Both the position numbers and the translations under genes were made by a program. Positions 1-9,953 of a DNA stretch of 25,943 bases are shown here, piece after piece. Every line of letters starts with the position of its first letter. Within the stretch, counting starts at the first letter, position 1. Below the pieces are notes generated by a model. It saw only the letters and a program-made list of their open reading frames with translations. It was not told where the DNA came from and made no database searches. Origin of the DNA: a virus (taxonomy: Duplodnaviria; Caudoviricetes); the IMG/VR virus record IMGVR_UViG_3300030207_002135, positions 1 through 25,943 of that record, one strand, 5' to 3'.

Positions 1-143
1 TGTGCTTGGGAATTGCTGCTATCCCAAAATAAAGTTGACCAATCATTATCATCTATTCGCCATTTTGCATCGGGAGCTAAAGATAACATTGCATGATGTA
101 TGCAAGTATCTTTTTCATCATAATCGTTAGTAGTCCAAGCCAT
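1..143 (-). CDS. Partial small tail-fibre-associated protein (possible assembly chaperone), runs off the window edge
   Basis: Not in ORF track. ATG at 143 overlaps the upstream TAA (TAATG). Reads MAWTTNDYDEKDTCIHHAMLSLAPDAKWRIDDNDWSTLFWDSSNSQA, open to the edge. Function inferred from position only. Confidence 0.6.
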   Translation of the reverse strand, partial: MAWTTNDYDEKDTCIHHAMLSLAPDAKWRIDDNDWSTLFWDSSNSQA

Positions 144-637
144 TAGTTTTGTGCGTATTCAACGAGGGTTAAAAAACTTCTAGAACCCCAAGAGTCGTTT
201 CCAGAAGTTGCAGCAGTTCCATTAAAGTAGACAGTAGAACCGCCACCTGTTTGCATTCTATGCTGTACTTGATAACCTACGGAACTGGTCGTATTTGGTT
301 CGTGCCAAAAAGTACAAGTAGAATTAGCACCAGCCCAGTTATTTTGCGGAGTTGTTGACTGCATAGCTCCCATTAAGTTTCTTCCATTATTAGCATTTTG
401 CACAGCAGAGCCATTAGCTAATAATCTTATTGCAATATCGTTAGCACTTGTTCCAGAAACGCAAGCAGTATAATGAATCATTATGACGCTAGATGTGCTT
501 TTTGGAGTAATACTTACAGTACCTACAGGATTAGAACCCCAAGTATTTGTATTAAGAGATGAAAATGTGTCACTAGAAGCTATTACGATTTGTAAAACAG
601 GGTCGTCTATAGTTCCTTTTGATGTATTTATTGCCAT
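143..637 (-). CDS. Putative tail fibre / receptor-binding accessory protein
   Basis: 164 aa, Ser/Thr/Gly/Asn-rich beta-type sequence (ITPKSTSSVIMI...PNTTSSVGYQVQ), TAATG-coupled to the upstream fibre gene. Confidence 0.55.
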   Translation of the reverse strand: MAINTSKGTIDDPVLQIVIASSDTFSSLNTNTWGSNPVGTVSITPKSTSSVIMIHYTACVSGTSANDIAIRLLANGSAVQNANNGRNLMGAMQSTTPQNNWAGANSTCTFWHEPNTTSSVGYQVQHRMQTGGGSTVYFNGTAATSGNDSWGSRSFLTLVEYAQN

Positions 638-1485
638 TAGTTGACCTCCTCTAAAAGAAATTTAAATTTTTTACCTGTTCTTTTGTTAATCAAGAATAGA
701 TCACTATGTCCTTCCTGTATAGTATAGCTTCCCCACGTTCCGTCAACGTCATTCTTATGCCCCTCGTTAGATAAATTAAAATCATTAACAAATAAATTTG
801 CCCATCTTAGAGCAGAAGAACCTAGATCGAAAGTATTATTAGATGCGGGAGTAAGAGTACCAAGCCCAGCGAAAGAAGTTTGCGTACCCCCTAAAGAAAC
901 AGAAGTAGAGCCAATAGTAATTGTAGAAGTTTCTACTAAAGCTACTGTTCCCGAAGTATTAGGTAAAGTTAAAGTTCTATTAGCGGTAACGGTTCCGGCT
1001 TTCATCGCTACATAATGACTATTATCGTTATCACTAAATCTAAGTTCGTTCTGAGATTTTAAATTTATACCGTTAGCATCAAAGATCATTTGTTCCGTAC
1101 CACCAGAACTAAAACCTAAAATATTTGCAGATTTTCTAAATAATCCTAAATCTGTATCACCGTCAAAACTTAAAGCGGGAGTAGATGCACTATTAGAATC
1201 ATCTAATTTTAAAACCCCCGTCATGGCTCCGCCCGATCTAGGAAGCAAACCTAAATTAGCACTATCTATACTTCCAATATCAGTAAACCCATTATTTGTT
1301 GAATTACGAATTTTAAGAGTATTAGAACTTGTATTAAGAAATGGCATACCGGCTACACATTGACTTGTAGCTAAATCTGAAGATTTACTGTTAAGAGATT
1401 GTATAGCGGCAAAAACATTATTTAAATCGGTTCTAACGTTAGCCCCAGAAGCATTTTCTATCGTATAGTTTGTGACGTCTGCCAT
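637..1485 (-). CDS. Tail fibre protein
   Basis: 282 aa directly after J. Fibre-like segments (PALSFDGDTDLGLF, RTLTLPNTSGTVAL, DLGSSALRWANLF) and a C-terminal NDVDGTWGSYTIQEG...KKFKFLLEEV segment familiar from marine phage fibres. Confidence 0.75.
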   Translation of the reverse strand: MADVTNYTIENASGANVRTDLNNVFAAIQSLNSKSSDLATSQCVAGMPFLNTSSNTLKIRNSTNNGFTDIGSIDSANLGLLPRSGGAMTGVLKLDDSNSASTPALSFDGDTDLGLFRKSANILGFSSGGTEQMIFDANGINLKSQNELRFSDNDNSHYVAMKAGTVTANRTLTLPNTSGTVALVETSTITIGSTSVSLGGTQTSFAGLGTLTPASNNTFDLGSSALRWANLFVNDFNLSNEGHKNDVDGTWGSYTIQEGHSDLFLINKRTGKKFKFLLEEVN

Positions 1486-1508
1486 GCTAATAAACTCTTT
1501 TTTTTATT

Positions 1509-4500
1509 TTACCCTCCTTTGCCGAAACCAACAGCATTGTAAGTAAAATTCTTACTAATACTAGCATTGCTCGAGTTCCTAAAATGTACGGTAAAACCAG
1601 TACCCGTTACATTGGTTATCTGATAATAATCGCCAGTATTCATGTTCTGAGGGGAAATAGTCACTGCGGGAATAAAATTATTTAAATTACCTAAACCCGA
1701 AGTTCCTACGAAAAAAGGGTGTGAAAAAGTAACATTTTTAGCTCCGGCTCCCGAACTTATAACTGAAGATTGTTCTGTTCTAGAACTCATAGTGGCCGAA
1801 TAACCTAATTGCTGTAAATTAATATTTTGGGCAACATCTGTAGTTTCTAGTTTGCATCTAAACTGAAAACCTCGCCCCTTAAATGTACCGTTTGAAATAT
1901 CGTTAAAACCTCCATAATTACTCATATCAGTTGAAGTTCGAACTAATAACTTAGCGTTTGCTTCGTTTGCTACGGAACCGTCGAAATCTTGCCAAGTATC
2001 TATAAGTGCAGTTCTATTATCAAACTCGTCTCCGACATAAAACCCAACCCCCTGAAAATGCCTTTTTAACTGTAAAGAAAAAGTTCCTCCCAAATCTAAA
2101 GTATCTACAAAGTCGTATGTACCGGAGGCATTATTATTTGGATTTGTAAGTTTTAATCCACCTAAATTAGAATCATATACAACATTAGATTTAGTACCGT
2201 TATAAGGTGTTCCGTCTGTATCTTCTCTATCTGTTTTTACCGTTATAGAATCTATTATTTCTACGGTTGAAATACTAACGCTGGCAGCATTAACGCTAAA
2301 CCTTCCGCCATCATCTTGAAACTTTACTAAATATGTTCCAGCTAAAGCAGGGCATATAGCCTCGGTAGCATTTCCGGCAACCGCTTCTATAACATCTTGA
2401 GCCGCTTGGAAAGAGGCAGAACCTCCGGTCTGATTAGTATGCCTAACATAGACCCTTCCTCCATGTAAAACATCTACAGAAGTTGATTGCGTAAATCTTA
2501 AACGAATAAACTGTTCATTAATAGGTTCTATAGTTAAACCAGAAACATCTTCGGGAACGGTAGTTTTTCCTACGGCTGTAAAAGTTTTACTCGTCGAATT
2601 AGCTGAAAGTTGTAAAGCGGCACTATATGAAAAAACTTGAAAAGTATATTCCCCTACGGGCGTATCTAAAAGTTCGAAATCGCTACTAAATACAACTTGT
2701 GAGATATAATTACCTTTCTCGAATTTATAATTTACTTGATATTGTGTAACCCCTTCTACGGGTTGCCAATCGACTATAAGTTTACTTCTAGCAATATTAT
2801 TTATAACTATTGTTTTTTCAGATATAGATAAACCGCTTGGAGGTTCCGCCGGTCTATTTAATATAGAAATAGTTCTAGCCGGTAAAGCCGTTCCATCTTC
2901 TATAAAAGCATATTTTCCTTCTACATAAGTTAGTGCACTTATCGCATAATTAATTTCATCTTGTTCTTCTACTGATATAACTCTAAATAATTGAGTTTGC
3001 AAAGTTGTACTTGATATTAGATATGGAGCATTAGCTAAAGGAGCGGAAGAAAAAGCACTAGAAACGGTTATAGCCGCTCCGTTATAAGAAGAAATATTTT
3101 TAGTTTCTAATGTACCGTCTTTTAAAATTACAGCTAAAGTTGGGTTATCAGTTAAAAGCGGTAAAGAAGTTCCGGATAAATTATCTATAGTAACAACAGT
3201 AGAAGTAGCACTTACTACTCTCCCTCCTCTTCTTTGTCCGGCTCTTACGGGGTCGTTTACTTCTATTACCGCACCAGGTCTAACTACTATCCCAGCATCT
3301 ATCGAAGTAGTGAAAGTACAAACTTCAGATTCATGTTGTTCGGCAAATAAAATTGCTCTTCCAAATCTTGCAGCTTGGTTTCTAGATGTACAACCGTAAG
3401 CTTTAACTTGTTTTACTAAAACTCCAAACTTAGAAATCGCTGCCGCATCTTCTACTACTTCGAAATCTACCTCTAGAGAATCCATATTAAAATAACTTAC
3501 GGAAACTACGGAATGTCTTTGTTTAAGGCTACTTCCCGAATAAGAAAAACCGGCTTCTCCAACATTAGATAAATTAAAAATAAAACTAGAATTTAAAGGT
3601 TTATCTTGTGAAATAGTTATACTTCCGGCAGACCATATTGGCATACATCTCATAACACTAGAAATATCATTAATTACATCAAAAGCATCTTTTGGATTCT
3701 GAATATTCACATTTATACTGAATCTTGCTTCTTCGTTTCCCGAGCCAGTTCCATCATCTACTAGCTCGTTACAGTATTTACTAGCCGCCACAAAACTAAA
3801 CAAATCTAAATTACTATCAGTAATATGATCTCCTAATCCATACCTACTATTAGTAAGTAAATCTAATAAACACATTGCTGGGCAATTAGTATAGGTTGCT
3901 GCACCCATAACTCCATTAAAAACGTATCCGGAAGGATAAATAATTCTTCCCGTATTCATGTCTACAGTAGGAGTACCAGTACCGGAAGCTCCCGCCGCCG
4001 GAATCCTTACCTTCATTCCTCTAATCCTATATTTACGAGTGGGAATATTATTAAACTGCTTACTATCTAAACGAAGAGCCATATAAGCACTATTTGGATA
4101 TGTAGAAGAATTATCTATAACTTCTTGATAGCTAGTAAATTGAAAACTATTTACTCTTTGCGGGTTACTACTATCGGCAGTATTTCTAATAACCCTTATA
4201 TCTACAGGAAACGCTCCCGTAAGTTCTATCCGGTGATCTCTTGCATAAGCATCGGCTGTTCTTCCCTCTACGTTAGTATCTATAACTGTTGTATAACCGC
4301 CTCCATTATATTGAACTTGTATTTTATAAGAAACCGTATCACCCCGAACATCGCCATCATCTTCGAAAATTTGTATCTGCGGCCACGTTAACGTAACTAT
4401 TACTGCATCTACATCTGTATTTTGTATCTGTCTAGAAACTGAACCTACTATTCCTTGTTGCTCCGTTCCATTAGAGTTTACAACGGTTACACTAACCGCA

Positions 4501-4868
4501 GTAGGAGAACGACTCTCGGCTGGTATTCCGGACATCGCCGTCTGATTAGGAGTTCCAAACTTACTTTTAAAAGTTATATTCTGAAAATTAAAATCGGTAT
4601 CTAAAGGATTAGTATTACTAGCTCCGGTATTTAAAATCGGGGTATCGTTTAGAAAAACATCTTTAAAAGATGCGTTTTTATATTCACTAGAGGTTCTATT
4701 AGTAATTCCCGCTTTAGAAGGAGTCGCAAAGCCCTCTATTTCGCCTTCTGATATTAAATCTTGTACCGTTGCAAAAGAACGGCTATGTAAAGTATCGGGA
4801 GCTCTATATGGAGGATCTGGACTACCTCCACCACCGCCACCTCCGGAACCTTTTATTAATTTACTCAT
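1509..4868 (-). CDS. Tail tip / host-specificity protein, lambda gpJ-like
   Basis: 1119 aa; DLISEGEIEG N-terminal motif, NCPAMCLLDLLTNSRYGLG, GCTSRNQAARFGR, FnIII-like C-terminal region; last gene of the M-L-K-I-J block. Confidence 0.93.
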   Translation of the reverse strand: MSKLIKGSGGGGGGGSPDPPYRAPDTLHSRSFATVQDLISEGEIEGFATPSKAGITNRTSSEYKNASFKDVFLNDTPILNTGASNTNPLDTDFNFQNITFKSKFGTPNQTAMSGIPAESRSPTAVSVTVVNSNGTEQQGIVGSVSRQIQNTDVDAVIVTLTWPQIQIFEDDGDVRGDTVSYKIQVQYNGGGYTTVIDTNVEGRTADAYARDHRIELTGAFPVDIRVIRNTADSSNPQRVNSFQFTSYQEVIDNSSTYPNSAYMALRLDSKQFNNIPTRKYRIRGMKVRIPAAGASGTGTPTVDMNTGRIIYPSGYVFNGVMGAATYTNCPAMCLLDLLTNSRYGLGDHITDSNLDLFSFVAASKYCNELVDDGTGSGNEEARFSINVNIQNPKDAFDVINDISSVMRCMPIWSAGSITISQDKPLNSSFIFNLSNVGEAGFSYSGSSLKQRHSVVSVSYFNMDSLEVDFEVVEDAAAISKFGVLVKQVKAYGCTSRNQAARFGRAILFAEQHESEVCTFTTSIDAGIVVRPGAVIEVNDPVRAGQRRGGRVVSATSTVVTIDNLSGTSLPLLTDNPTLAVILKDGTLETKNISSYNGAAITVSSAFSSAPLANAPYLISSTTLQTQLFRVISVEEQDEINYAISALTYVEGKYAFIEDGTALPARTISILNRPAEPPSGLSISEKTIVINNIARSKLIVDWQPVEGVTQYQVNYKFEKGNYISQVVFSSDFELLDTPVGEYTFQVFSYSAALQLSANSTSKTFTAVGKTTVPEDVSGLTIEPINEQFIRLRFTQSTSVDVLHGGRVYVRHTNQTGGSASFQAAQDVIEAVAGNATEAICPALAGTYLVKFQDDGGRFSVNAASVSISTVEIIDSITVKTDREDTDGTPYNGTKSNVVYDSNLGGLKLTNPNNNASGTYDFVDTLDLGGTFSLQLKRHFQGVGFYVGDEFDNRTALIDTWQDFDGSVANEANAKLLVRTSTDMSNYGGFNDISNGTFKGRGFQFRCKLETTDVAQNINLQQLGYSATMSSRTEQSSVISSGAGAKNVTFSHPFFVGTSGLGNLNNFIPAVTISPQNMNTGDYYQITNVTGTGFTVHFRNSSNASISKNFTYNAVGFGKGG

Positions 4869-5458
4869 GCTTCAACCTGATTAGTATCTATAGCTGCCGA
4901 GATAACTACCGAGCCAGTAAAAATCTCGCCATATACTATAGGAACCGGAGTTCCGGCTCTACTCGTATTTTGCACCCCGCTAAAACTAAAAGAAAGTCTT
5001 GGGTCTTCTTCTGAAGAAAATCTTTGTTGATCTGGTATAGGAAATAACATTCCACTAACTCCACTTAGAAGTAGAGAAGCTCCTATACCAAAAGCTGCTT
5101 TAGCTCCTAAACTAGCTGCACCGGAAAAAATAGTTGCTCCCGAAAAGGCTCCAAAAGCTCCCATAGATACCGCTATAAGTGCTCCTCCTAAAATTATTTT
5201 TCCTACATTTCCTTTTCCCATTATTGCCGGAATAAAACTAATATCAGAATTACCGATAGGATAAAAAATTTCTTCTTTTTCTATTTCTTCGTTTCCTACT
5301 TTTACAGAATAATATTGCGGCGACATATAAGATTCTACTTCGGGGAAATTATGTATTAAAAAACTTACGGCTTGAGCAACGGTATCTACTTTAACTTCAA
5401 ACTCATCAAAACCGATAAATTTAGCTAATTTTCCGTAAAGTTTGATCTTACGAAGCAT
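4865..5458 (-). CDS. Tail assembly protein, lambda gpI-like
   Basis: IKLYGKLAKF N-terminus, Gly/Ala-rich hydrophobic middle, C-terminal NTSRAGTPVPIVYGEIFTGSVVIS. Confidence 0.9.
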   Translation of the reverse strand: MLRKIKLYGKLAKFIGFDEFEVKVDTVAQAVSFLIHNFPEVESYMSPQYYSVKVGNEEIEKEEIFYPIGNSDISFIPAIMGKGNVGKIILGGALIAVSMGAFGAFSGATIFSGAASLGAKAAFGIGASLLLSGVSGMLFPIPDQQRFSSEEDPRLSFSFSGVQNTSRAGTPVPIVYGEIFTGSVVISAAIDTNQVEA

Positions 5459-6149
5459 AACGCAACCTCTTTCCAGTGCATTTCAACAACCATTCATTAT
5501 ATGGTTCTCTACAGCTTAGTCTATCTGATAAATGATGTAAAACATCTCCATCTATAAAAATCGCCACATGATTAAGTCCTTTTCCGACTATAGACATAAA
5601 AAGTAAATCTCCATTCTGTAAGCTTTCTTCTTTTCTTAACTCTCTAAAACCTGTTCGCCAAGCACATCTATCGAACATAGGATTATTAAGAAAATCTTCG
5701 GGGGTTCTAGGTCTTTCCCAATCTCTTAGAATAATATTTTTTTCCTCCTTATACCAATCTCGGACTAGCGACCAACAATCAGTTATACCCCAAACATACT
5801 CCCTACCTAATAAAGGAGCTTTATATCCACTTGGCTCGTAATAGCCCCAAGTTTCTGTTTTAGGATTTACTATATACCACGGCAACTCGTTGCTTTCACA
5901 ACTTACTTTATCGGCTTGGGTAGGTAAAGGAGGAGTAACGGGGTGGCTATGTATTACTCCTATTATCTCGCCTTTTTTTTCGGCTTCTATATAATCTAAC
6001 GGGTCTAAAATAAAAGTATCTTTTGCATCTAAAGCTATATTTTTACAAGGAAAATAAACTTTCTTCCCTTTTTTATTTAAAAGTAATCCTACGGATTCTT
6101 TAGGGTCTTCCTCTTTTGCGTGTTCTAGTGCCTTTTTTTTCCAGTACAT
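5448..6149 (-). CDS. Tail assembly protein, lambda gpK-like (JAB/MPN + NlpC/P60)
   Basis: ESVGLL and HSHP...PTQAD JAB motif, then DCWSLVRDWY and NHVAIF...HH NlpC/P60 motifs. Confidence 0.92.
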   Translation of the reverse strand: MYWKKKALEHAKEEDPKESVGLLLNKKGKKVYFPCKNIALDAKDTFILDPLDYIEAEKKGEIIGVIHSHPVTPPLPTQADKVSCESNELPWYIVNPKTETWGYYEPSGYKAPLLGREYVWGITDCWSLVRDWYKEEKNIILRDWERPRTPEDFLNNPMFDRCAWRTGFRELRKEESLQNGDLLFMSIVGKGLNHVAIFIDGDVLHHLSDRLSCREPYNEWLLKCTGKRLRYAS

Positions 6150-6721
6150 TAATTAAACGTTCCAATAGAAGGAAAAAGACTTCTCGTACATTGTCTTTTT
6201 GGAACATTTACCCCCGCTAAATCTGTTGGAGCGGCTAGTTCAAACTCTACTACCTCTCTATTTTCGCTTGTTTTTCTATCTATAGAATATATTTCTTCCG
6301 GAAAAGCCGCATTAGGGTCGGCAGTAGGGTTTTGCCCATTAGCAAAATTAACGGCATCTATAAATTTAGCTAAAGTTCTTATTCTTGTTACTACCCCTCC
6401 CGTAAGATCATTTCCCACGGTTGTATCATTTACGGTTAGGAGAACGGCGGATATTAAACCCGTAGCGTTACTAATAATAAATTTTGGGCGGGGTATCTGT
6501 CCTTTTTGGAATGCGAAACCTTCGGCGGTGACCGGAAACCTTAGATAACTATTACCTTTCCAAACTATTTGTCCGTTTGCATTTAAATTACTTCCAGCAT
6601 GAAAACGATATATAGTATTTGAACCATGTAAAGAAGTAATTAGTTGAAGCGAAAAAAGTTCTATTATCGCCGATGGATTTATAGATTGTAAGTCAGTAAA
6701 AACGGCTTCAGATACAGACAT
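6149..6721 (-). CDS. Minor tail protein, lambda gpL-like
   Basis: AIIELF, YRFHAG, VTRIRTLAKFIDAVNF, IDRKTSENREVVEFELA; between M and K. The C-terminus appears shorter than lambda L. Confidence 0.9.
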   Translation of the reverse strand: MSVSEAVFTDLQSINPSAIIELFSLQLITSLHGSNTIYRFHAGSNLNANGQIVWKGNSYLRFPVTAEGFAFQKGQIPRPKFIISNATGLISAVLLTVNDTTVGNDLTGGVVTRIRTLAKFIDAVNFANGQNPTADPNAAFPEEIYSIDRKTSENREVVEFELAAPTDLAGVNVPKRQCTRSLFPSIGTFN

Positions 6722-7074
6722 TAGCTTGGTTCGAATACCTCTCTAAAAGTACAAGTTATTGTATTGCGATTATTAAAAACCATATTTTTATCCCAACCTT
6801 CGCATACGAACTGAGAAGCACTACTTTCATTAGGAGGAGTAAAAGTAAAACTCGCTCTATCTAAAGCTCTAGCATCTAAAAAGTTTTCTATAGTATCGCT
6901 TTGTACTTCGGTTAGATTACTAAAAGTTAAACTATATTCTTTGGGGTTATTATGCTCGGCGATACCAAACATGATTCTATGTTCATAACCATCTGCAAAC
7001 CTAATAGTTCTAGTTTTAGGTTTAGATGATTTAGTAACCCCATAAGAAGGTTGTATAGAAGGGAAAGTTGCCAT
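6721..7074 (-). CDS. Distal tail protein, lambda gpM-like
   Basis: FADGYEHR, IENFLDAR, FTFTPP, TFREVFEP motifs; follows the tape measure gene. Confidence 0.9.
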   Translation of the reverse strand: MATFPSIQPSYGVTKSSKPKTRTIRFADGYEHRIMFGIAEHNNPKEYSLTFSNLTEVQSDTIENFLDARALDRASFTFTPPNESSASQFVCEGWDKNMVFNNRNTITCTFREVFEPS

Positions 7075-8774
7075 TATGCTAGTAATCCACCGGGTCTTTT
7101 TTGATTAACTAATTCAGATTGTATCGCAACCGCAATTAATCTTCCAAGTTGTTTCCCACTATCTTCATCACCCTCTACCTGTGAACCCGAGGCGTCAACA
7201 TTAACGACGATATTATTTGTAGTTCCCCCTAAAGAACTATTAGGAATAACAGTACCGGCGGTTGATGGAACAAACAATTCGGGACCTTTTTCTCCAACGA
7301 TAGAAGGTCTACCAACGGGAGGCCTACCTCCATTAGCAAAACCAAGAAAACCTCCTATTTTAGTTCCTCCAAAAATACCTCCTAACATAGAATTTATTCC
7401 CATACGTAATAACGAGTTTGCTAGATCGTTTAAAATTGCTTTTGCCGACTCTCCTAATGATTTAGTTCCGTTTATAGCCCCTACTAAAGCATCGGTTATT
7501 TGGCTTCCTATTGTTTTTCCTATCTCCTCGAACGAATCTTTTATTCCTTTTGTTTCGTCTTTTAATTGTTTAGAAGCAGTTGTAGTTCCTTCTATAATAG
7601 TTTTTATCTCTTTCCCTTTCTGGGCGGCGACTACTAAAGCTGAAGTTTTTTCTTCATTATGCTCGAAATCTTTTTGCCTTAATTTTTCGGTTTCTATATT
7701 TTGTTTTGTTAGTTCCTTTGTTTGTTTCTCTAAAAATTTTTGAGCCTCTTTATTTTTTGTTTGACCAAATATATTTTTATCTAAAGCATCGTCTCCAAAC
7801 TTAAGCTTAGTTAATCTAGTTGCATCTTCTCTAGCTTTATTTTCTGATTTTAAAACATTGCCAAAGCCTAAAGTTGCTATATTTTTTAACCTCTTAATCA
7901 TATTATCGAAAGCTCTTACCGCTCTAGTCGTCTGATCTAAAACAAATTTTATAGCGGGACCAAGTGCATCTCCTATAGTCCTAGCTAAATTTTGTACAGA
8001 ATCAACTAGGGTCGATAATTTACCGTTTAAGGTTTCAGATTGTTTTGTTGCTCCCCCAAAAAACGCCCCGCCTTCGTTTGTAAGGTTTATTAAAGCTTGG
8101 TTTACGAGTTCGGCTCCTATCTTTCCTTTACGCATGGCCGATTCAAACTCTTCCCCTTCCAACTTTGTCATTCTTTTAAGTTCGGAAGTTATATCGACCC
8201 CTCTTTCTAATAGCTGTAGTTCTTCTTCCCTCTGTAGTTTTCCTTTAGCTCTTATCTGTCCAAAAGCGAGAGAAATACCTTCTAAGTCTGCTCCGGTAGC
8301 TCCGGCAACATCTGCAAGTCTTTTTGTAGTATCAACTAAAGTATCGGTTTCAAAACCAAAAGCTTTTAACCTCTTAGTTTGTTCTATTAATTCACTACTG
8401 GTAAAAGGCGTAACCGAACCGAAATCTTGTAATTCTTTAATAATAGTATTTGTTTTAGAAATTGAACCCGTAAGAACTTCTAAACTTTTTCTTTGCGTTT
8501 CTAGTTCAGCGGTTTGTACAAATACAAATCTAGCGGCGGCAGCTACAGCTAGAGCTTTTAATAAAGGAGCTATAGACCTAGTAAAAGTTTGTACTCCACC
8601 CGACGCCTTCCTAGCAGCATTCCCGTTATTCCTAAATGATCTAGAAGAACGATCTAATCTATTTTTTAATTTATTAGTATTACCGGCTAAAGTTTTAGTA
8701 ACTCTATCAGTTTGGGTCAACCCTCTAATAGCGTTCTGTGCATCAACTACTAATCTAACCGTCGACTGAGCCAC
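7074..8774 (-). CDS. Tape measure protein
   Basis: 566 aa, GTG start; tape-measure domain (TPFTSSEL...LADVAGATG...EELQLLERG), helical composition, C-terminal FANGGRP...VGEKGPELFVP. Confidence 0.92.
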   Translation of the reverse strand: MAQSTVRLVVDAQNAIRGLTQTDRVTKTLAGNTNKLKNRLDRSSRSFRNNGNAARKASGGVQTFTRSIAPLLKALAVAAAARFVFVQTAELETQRKSLEVLTGSISKTNTIIKELQDFGSVTPFTSSELIEQTKRLKAFGFETDTLVDTTKRLADVAGATGADLEGISLAFGQIRAKGKLQREEELQLLERGVDITSELKRMTKLEGEEFESAMRKGKIGAELVNQALINLTNEGGAFFGGATKQSETLNGKLSTLVDSVQNLARTIGDALGPAIKFVLDQTTRAVRAFDNMIKRLKNIATLGFGNVLKSENKAREDATRLTKLKFGDDALDKNIFGQTKNKEAQKFLEKQTKELTKQNIETEKLRQKDFEHNEEKTSALVVAAQKGKEIKTIIEGTTTASKQLKDETKGIKDSFEEIGKTIGSQITDALVGAINGTKSLGESAKAILNDLANSLLRMGINSMLGGIFGGTKIGGFLGFANGGRPPVGRPSIVGEKGPELFVPSTAGTVIPNSSLGGTTNNIVVNVDASGSQVEGDEDSGKQLGRLIAVAIQSELVNQKRPGGLLA

Positions 8775-8800
8775 TAAAAAAAAAGAAACTTATTTATATC

Positions 8801-8989
8801 TTACCTTGTTTTGGCTTTCTGACGATTTAATTCTAATTTTTCTCTTTCATTTTTAACGTCGTAATAAGCCGCCCAAAATATAAGTTCTTCATCTGATAAA
8901 TTTTTTCTTAATTCATCTACCGTTTTTCCTAATTTTGTTGCGAGAAAGAACTCGAAGTTTAACCAGTTATCTCGCTTGATTCTTTTTTT
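8801..8989 (-). CDS. -1 frameshift extension of the tail chaperone (gpT-like part of gpGT)
   Basis: A7 run at 8983-8989. The -1 frame reads RIKRDNWLNFEFFLATKLGKTVDELRKNLSDEELIFWAAYYDVKNEREKLELNRQKAKTR*, stops at 8801-8803 and has no ATG of its own. Confidence 0.85.
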   Translation of the reverse strand, partial: KKRIKRDNWLNFEFFLATKLGKTVDELRKNLSDEELIFWAAYYDVKNEREKLELNRQKAKTR

Positions 8990-9330
8990 GCTTCTTCAAA
9001 GTCTACATTTAATCCCATCATAAAAAGTTCTAAATCATTAAGGATATTCTCTGGAACAAAACGTTTTAAGTTTTCTGCATCTGCCGAAGCGAAAAATTTA
9101 CTTCCATCTTCTTTTTCGGCGAGTTGACAAAGTAATCTAGTAGAAACGGCTAGAGCTTCATCTGAACCGGCTGCAGCTTGGGCTTGTATTCGATCAAAGC
9201 GTGTTAAAGGTTTAAAATATAAAGTTCCTAAAATTTCCCCTTTCGGACTTTTTAATTCATATTTTCTTCTATTAGACATTACCTCGCTAAAAGCTTCGGT
9301 TATTATGTCGATTGAACGTTTAGTGGCCAT
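8959..9330 (-). CDS. Tail assembly chaperone, gpG-like
   Basis: 123 aa between tail tube and tape measure; ends with the slippery run GCA AAA AAA GAA. Confidence 0.85.
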   Translation of the reverse strand: MATKRSIDIITEAFSEVMSNRRKYELKSPKGEILGTLYFKPLTRFDRIQAQAAAGSDEALAVSTRLLCQLAEKEDGSKFFASADAENLKRFVPENILNDLELFMMGLNVDFEEAKKESSEITG

Positions 9331-9358
9331 AAATAAAGGTTTTAATTACCCTAATTTA

Positions 9359-9775
9359 CTATATAGCTGAAGTAATGGCACCTGTAGTAATAAACGAAAT
9401 ACTTATTTCTTCTATTTCTCCTAAAGTGGCTGCGTACTCGGCTTGTGTAATAATTCCGGAAAACCCAATTTTTTTAGCTGATTGGGCAGAATCTGGAAAT
9501 AGTTCGAATAACGCATCTCCGGCGTCGCCAGTAGTTAAAACGTCATCTATGAATGCTTGGTAATCAGCGTTCCCAGATGGGTTATAAAGTAAAGTTGCTT
9601 GACCTTCGGCAGATATAAGTCCTCCAACAAAAGTTTTAGAGGTATCACCCATTACCGTAGTTTCCATAGTATCCTTAGAAACTGACAAAGACCAAGAACG
9701 TAAATCGCTTACATCTGCCTCCGTACCGGCAGCATTATGGAACATAATTTTTCCAACGTCACCTTTAACAGCCAT
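9359..9775 (-). CDS. Major tail tube protein
   Basis: 138 aa; RSWSLSVSKDTMETTVMGD...KTFVGGL...ISFITTGAIT pattern; upstream of chaperone and tape measure. Confidence 0.85.
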   Translation of the reverse strand: MAVKGDVGKIMFHNAAGTEADVSDLRSWSLSVSKDTMETTVMGDTSKTFVGGLISAEGQATLLYNPSGNADYQAFIDDVLTTGDAGDALFELFPDSAQSAKKIGFSGIITQAEYAATLGEIEEISISFITTGAITSAI

Positions 9776-9800
9776 AATAAAAAAAAGTATTTATTTTATA

Positions 9801-9953
9801 TTATCCTTTTTTTGCCTTTTTCACATCTTTTTTAGAATTTTGTTGTGCCTCATAATATTTACGACACTCGGGATCCCAATATTGTGACTCTCTTCTTCCC
9901 TTTACAGCCTCTATTGCATCTAGCATTTCTTCTGTAATTTCTAGTTTAGTCAT
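9801..9953 (-). CDS. Small hypothetical protein (50 aa)
   Basis: Not in ORF track. MTKLEITEEMLDAIEAVKGRRESQYWDPECRKYYEAQQNSKKDVKKAKKG*; ATG immediately follows the upstream TAA and the ORF fills the gap. Confidence 0.7.
   Translation of the reverse strand: MTKLEITEEMLDAIEAVKGRRESQYWDPECRKYYEAQQNSKKDVKKAKKG

Noticed and set aside
8134-8769. 211-aa plus-strand ORF inside the tape measure gene
   Set aside because: Fully antisense to a well-supported gene, Ser/Leu-rich shadow composition, no motifs or RBS.
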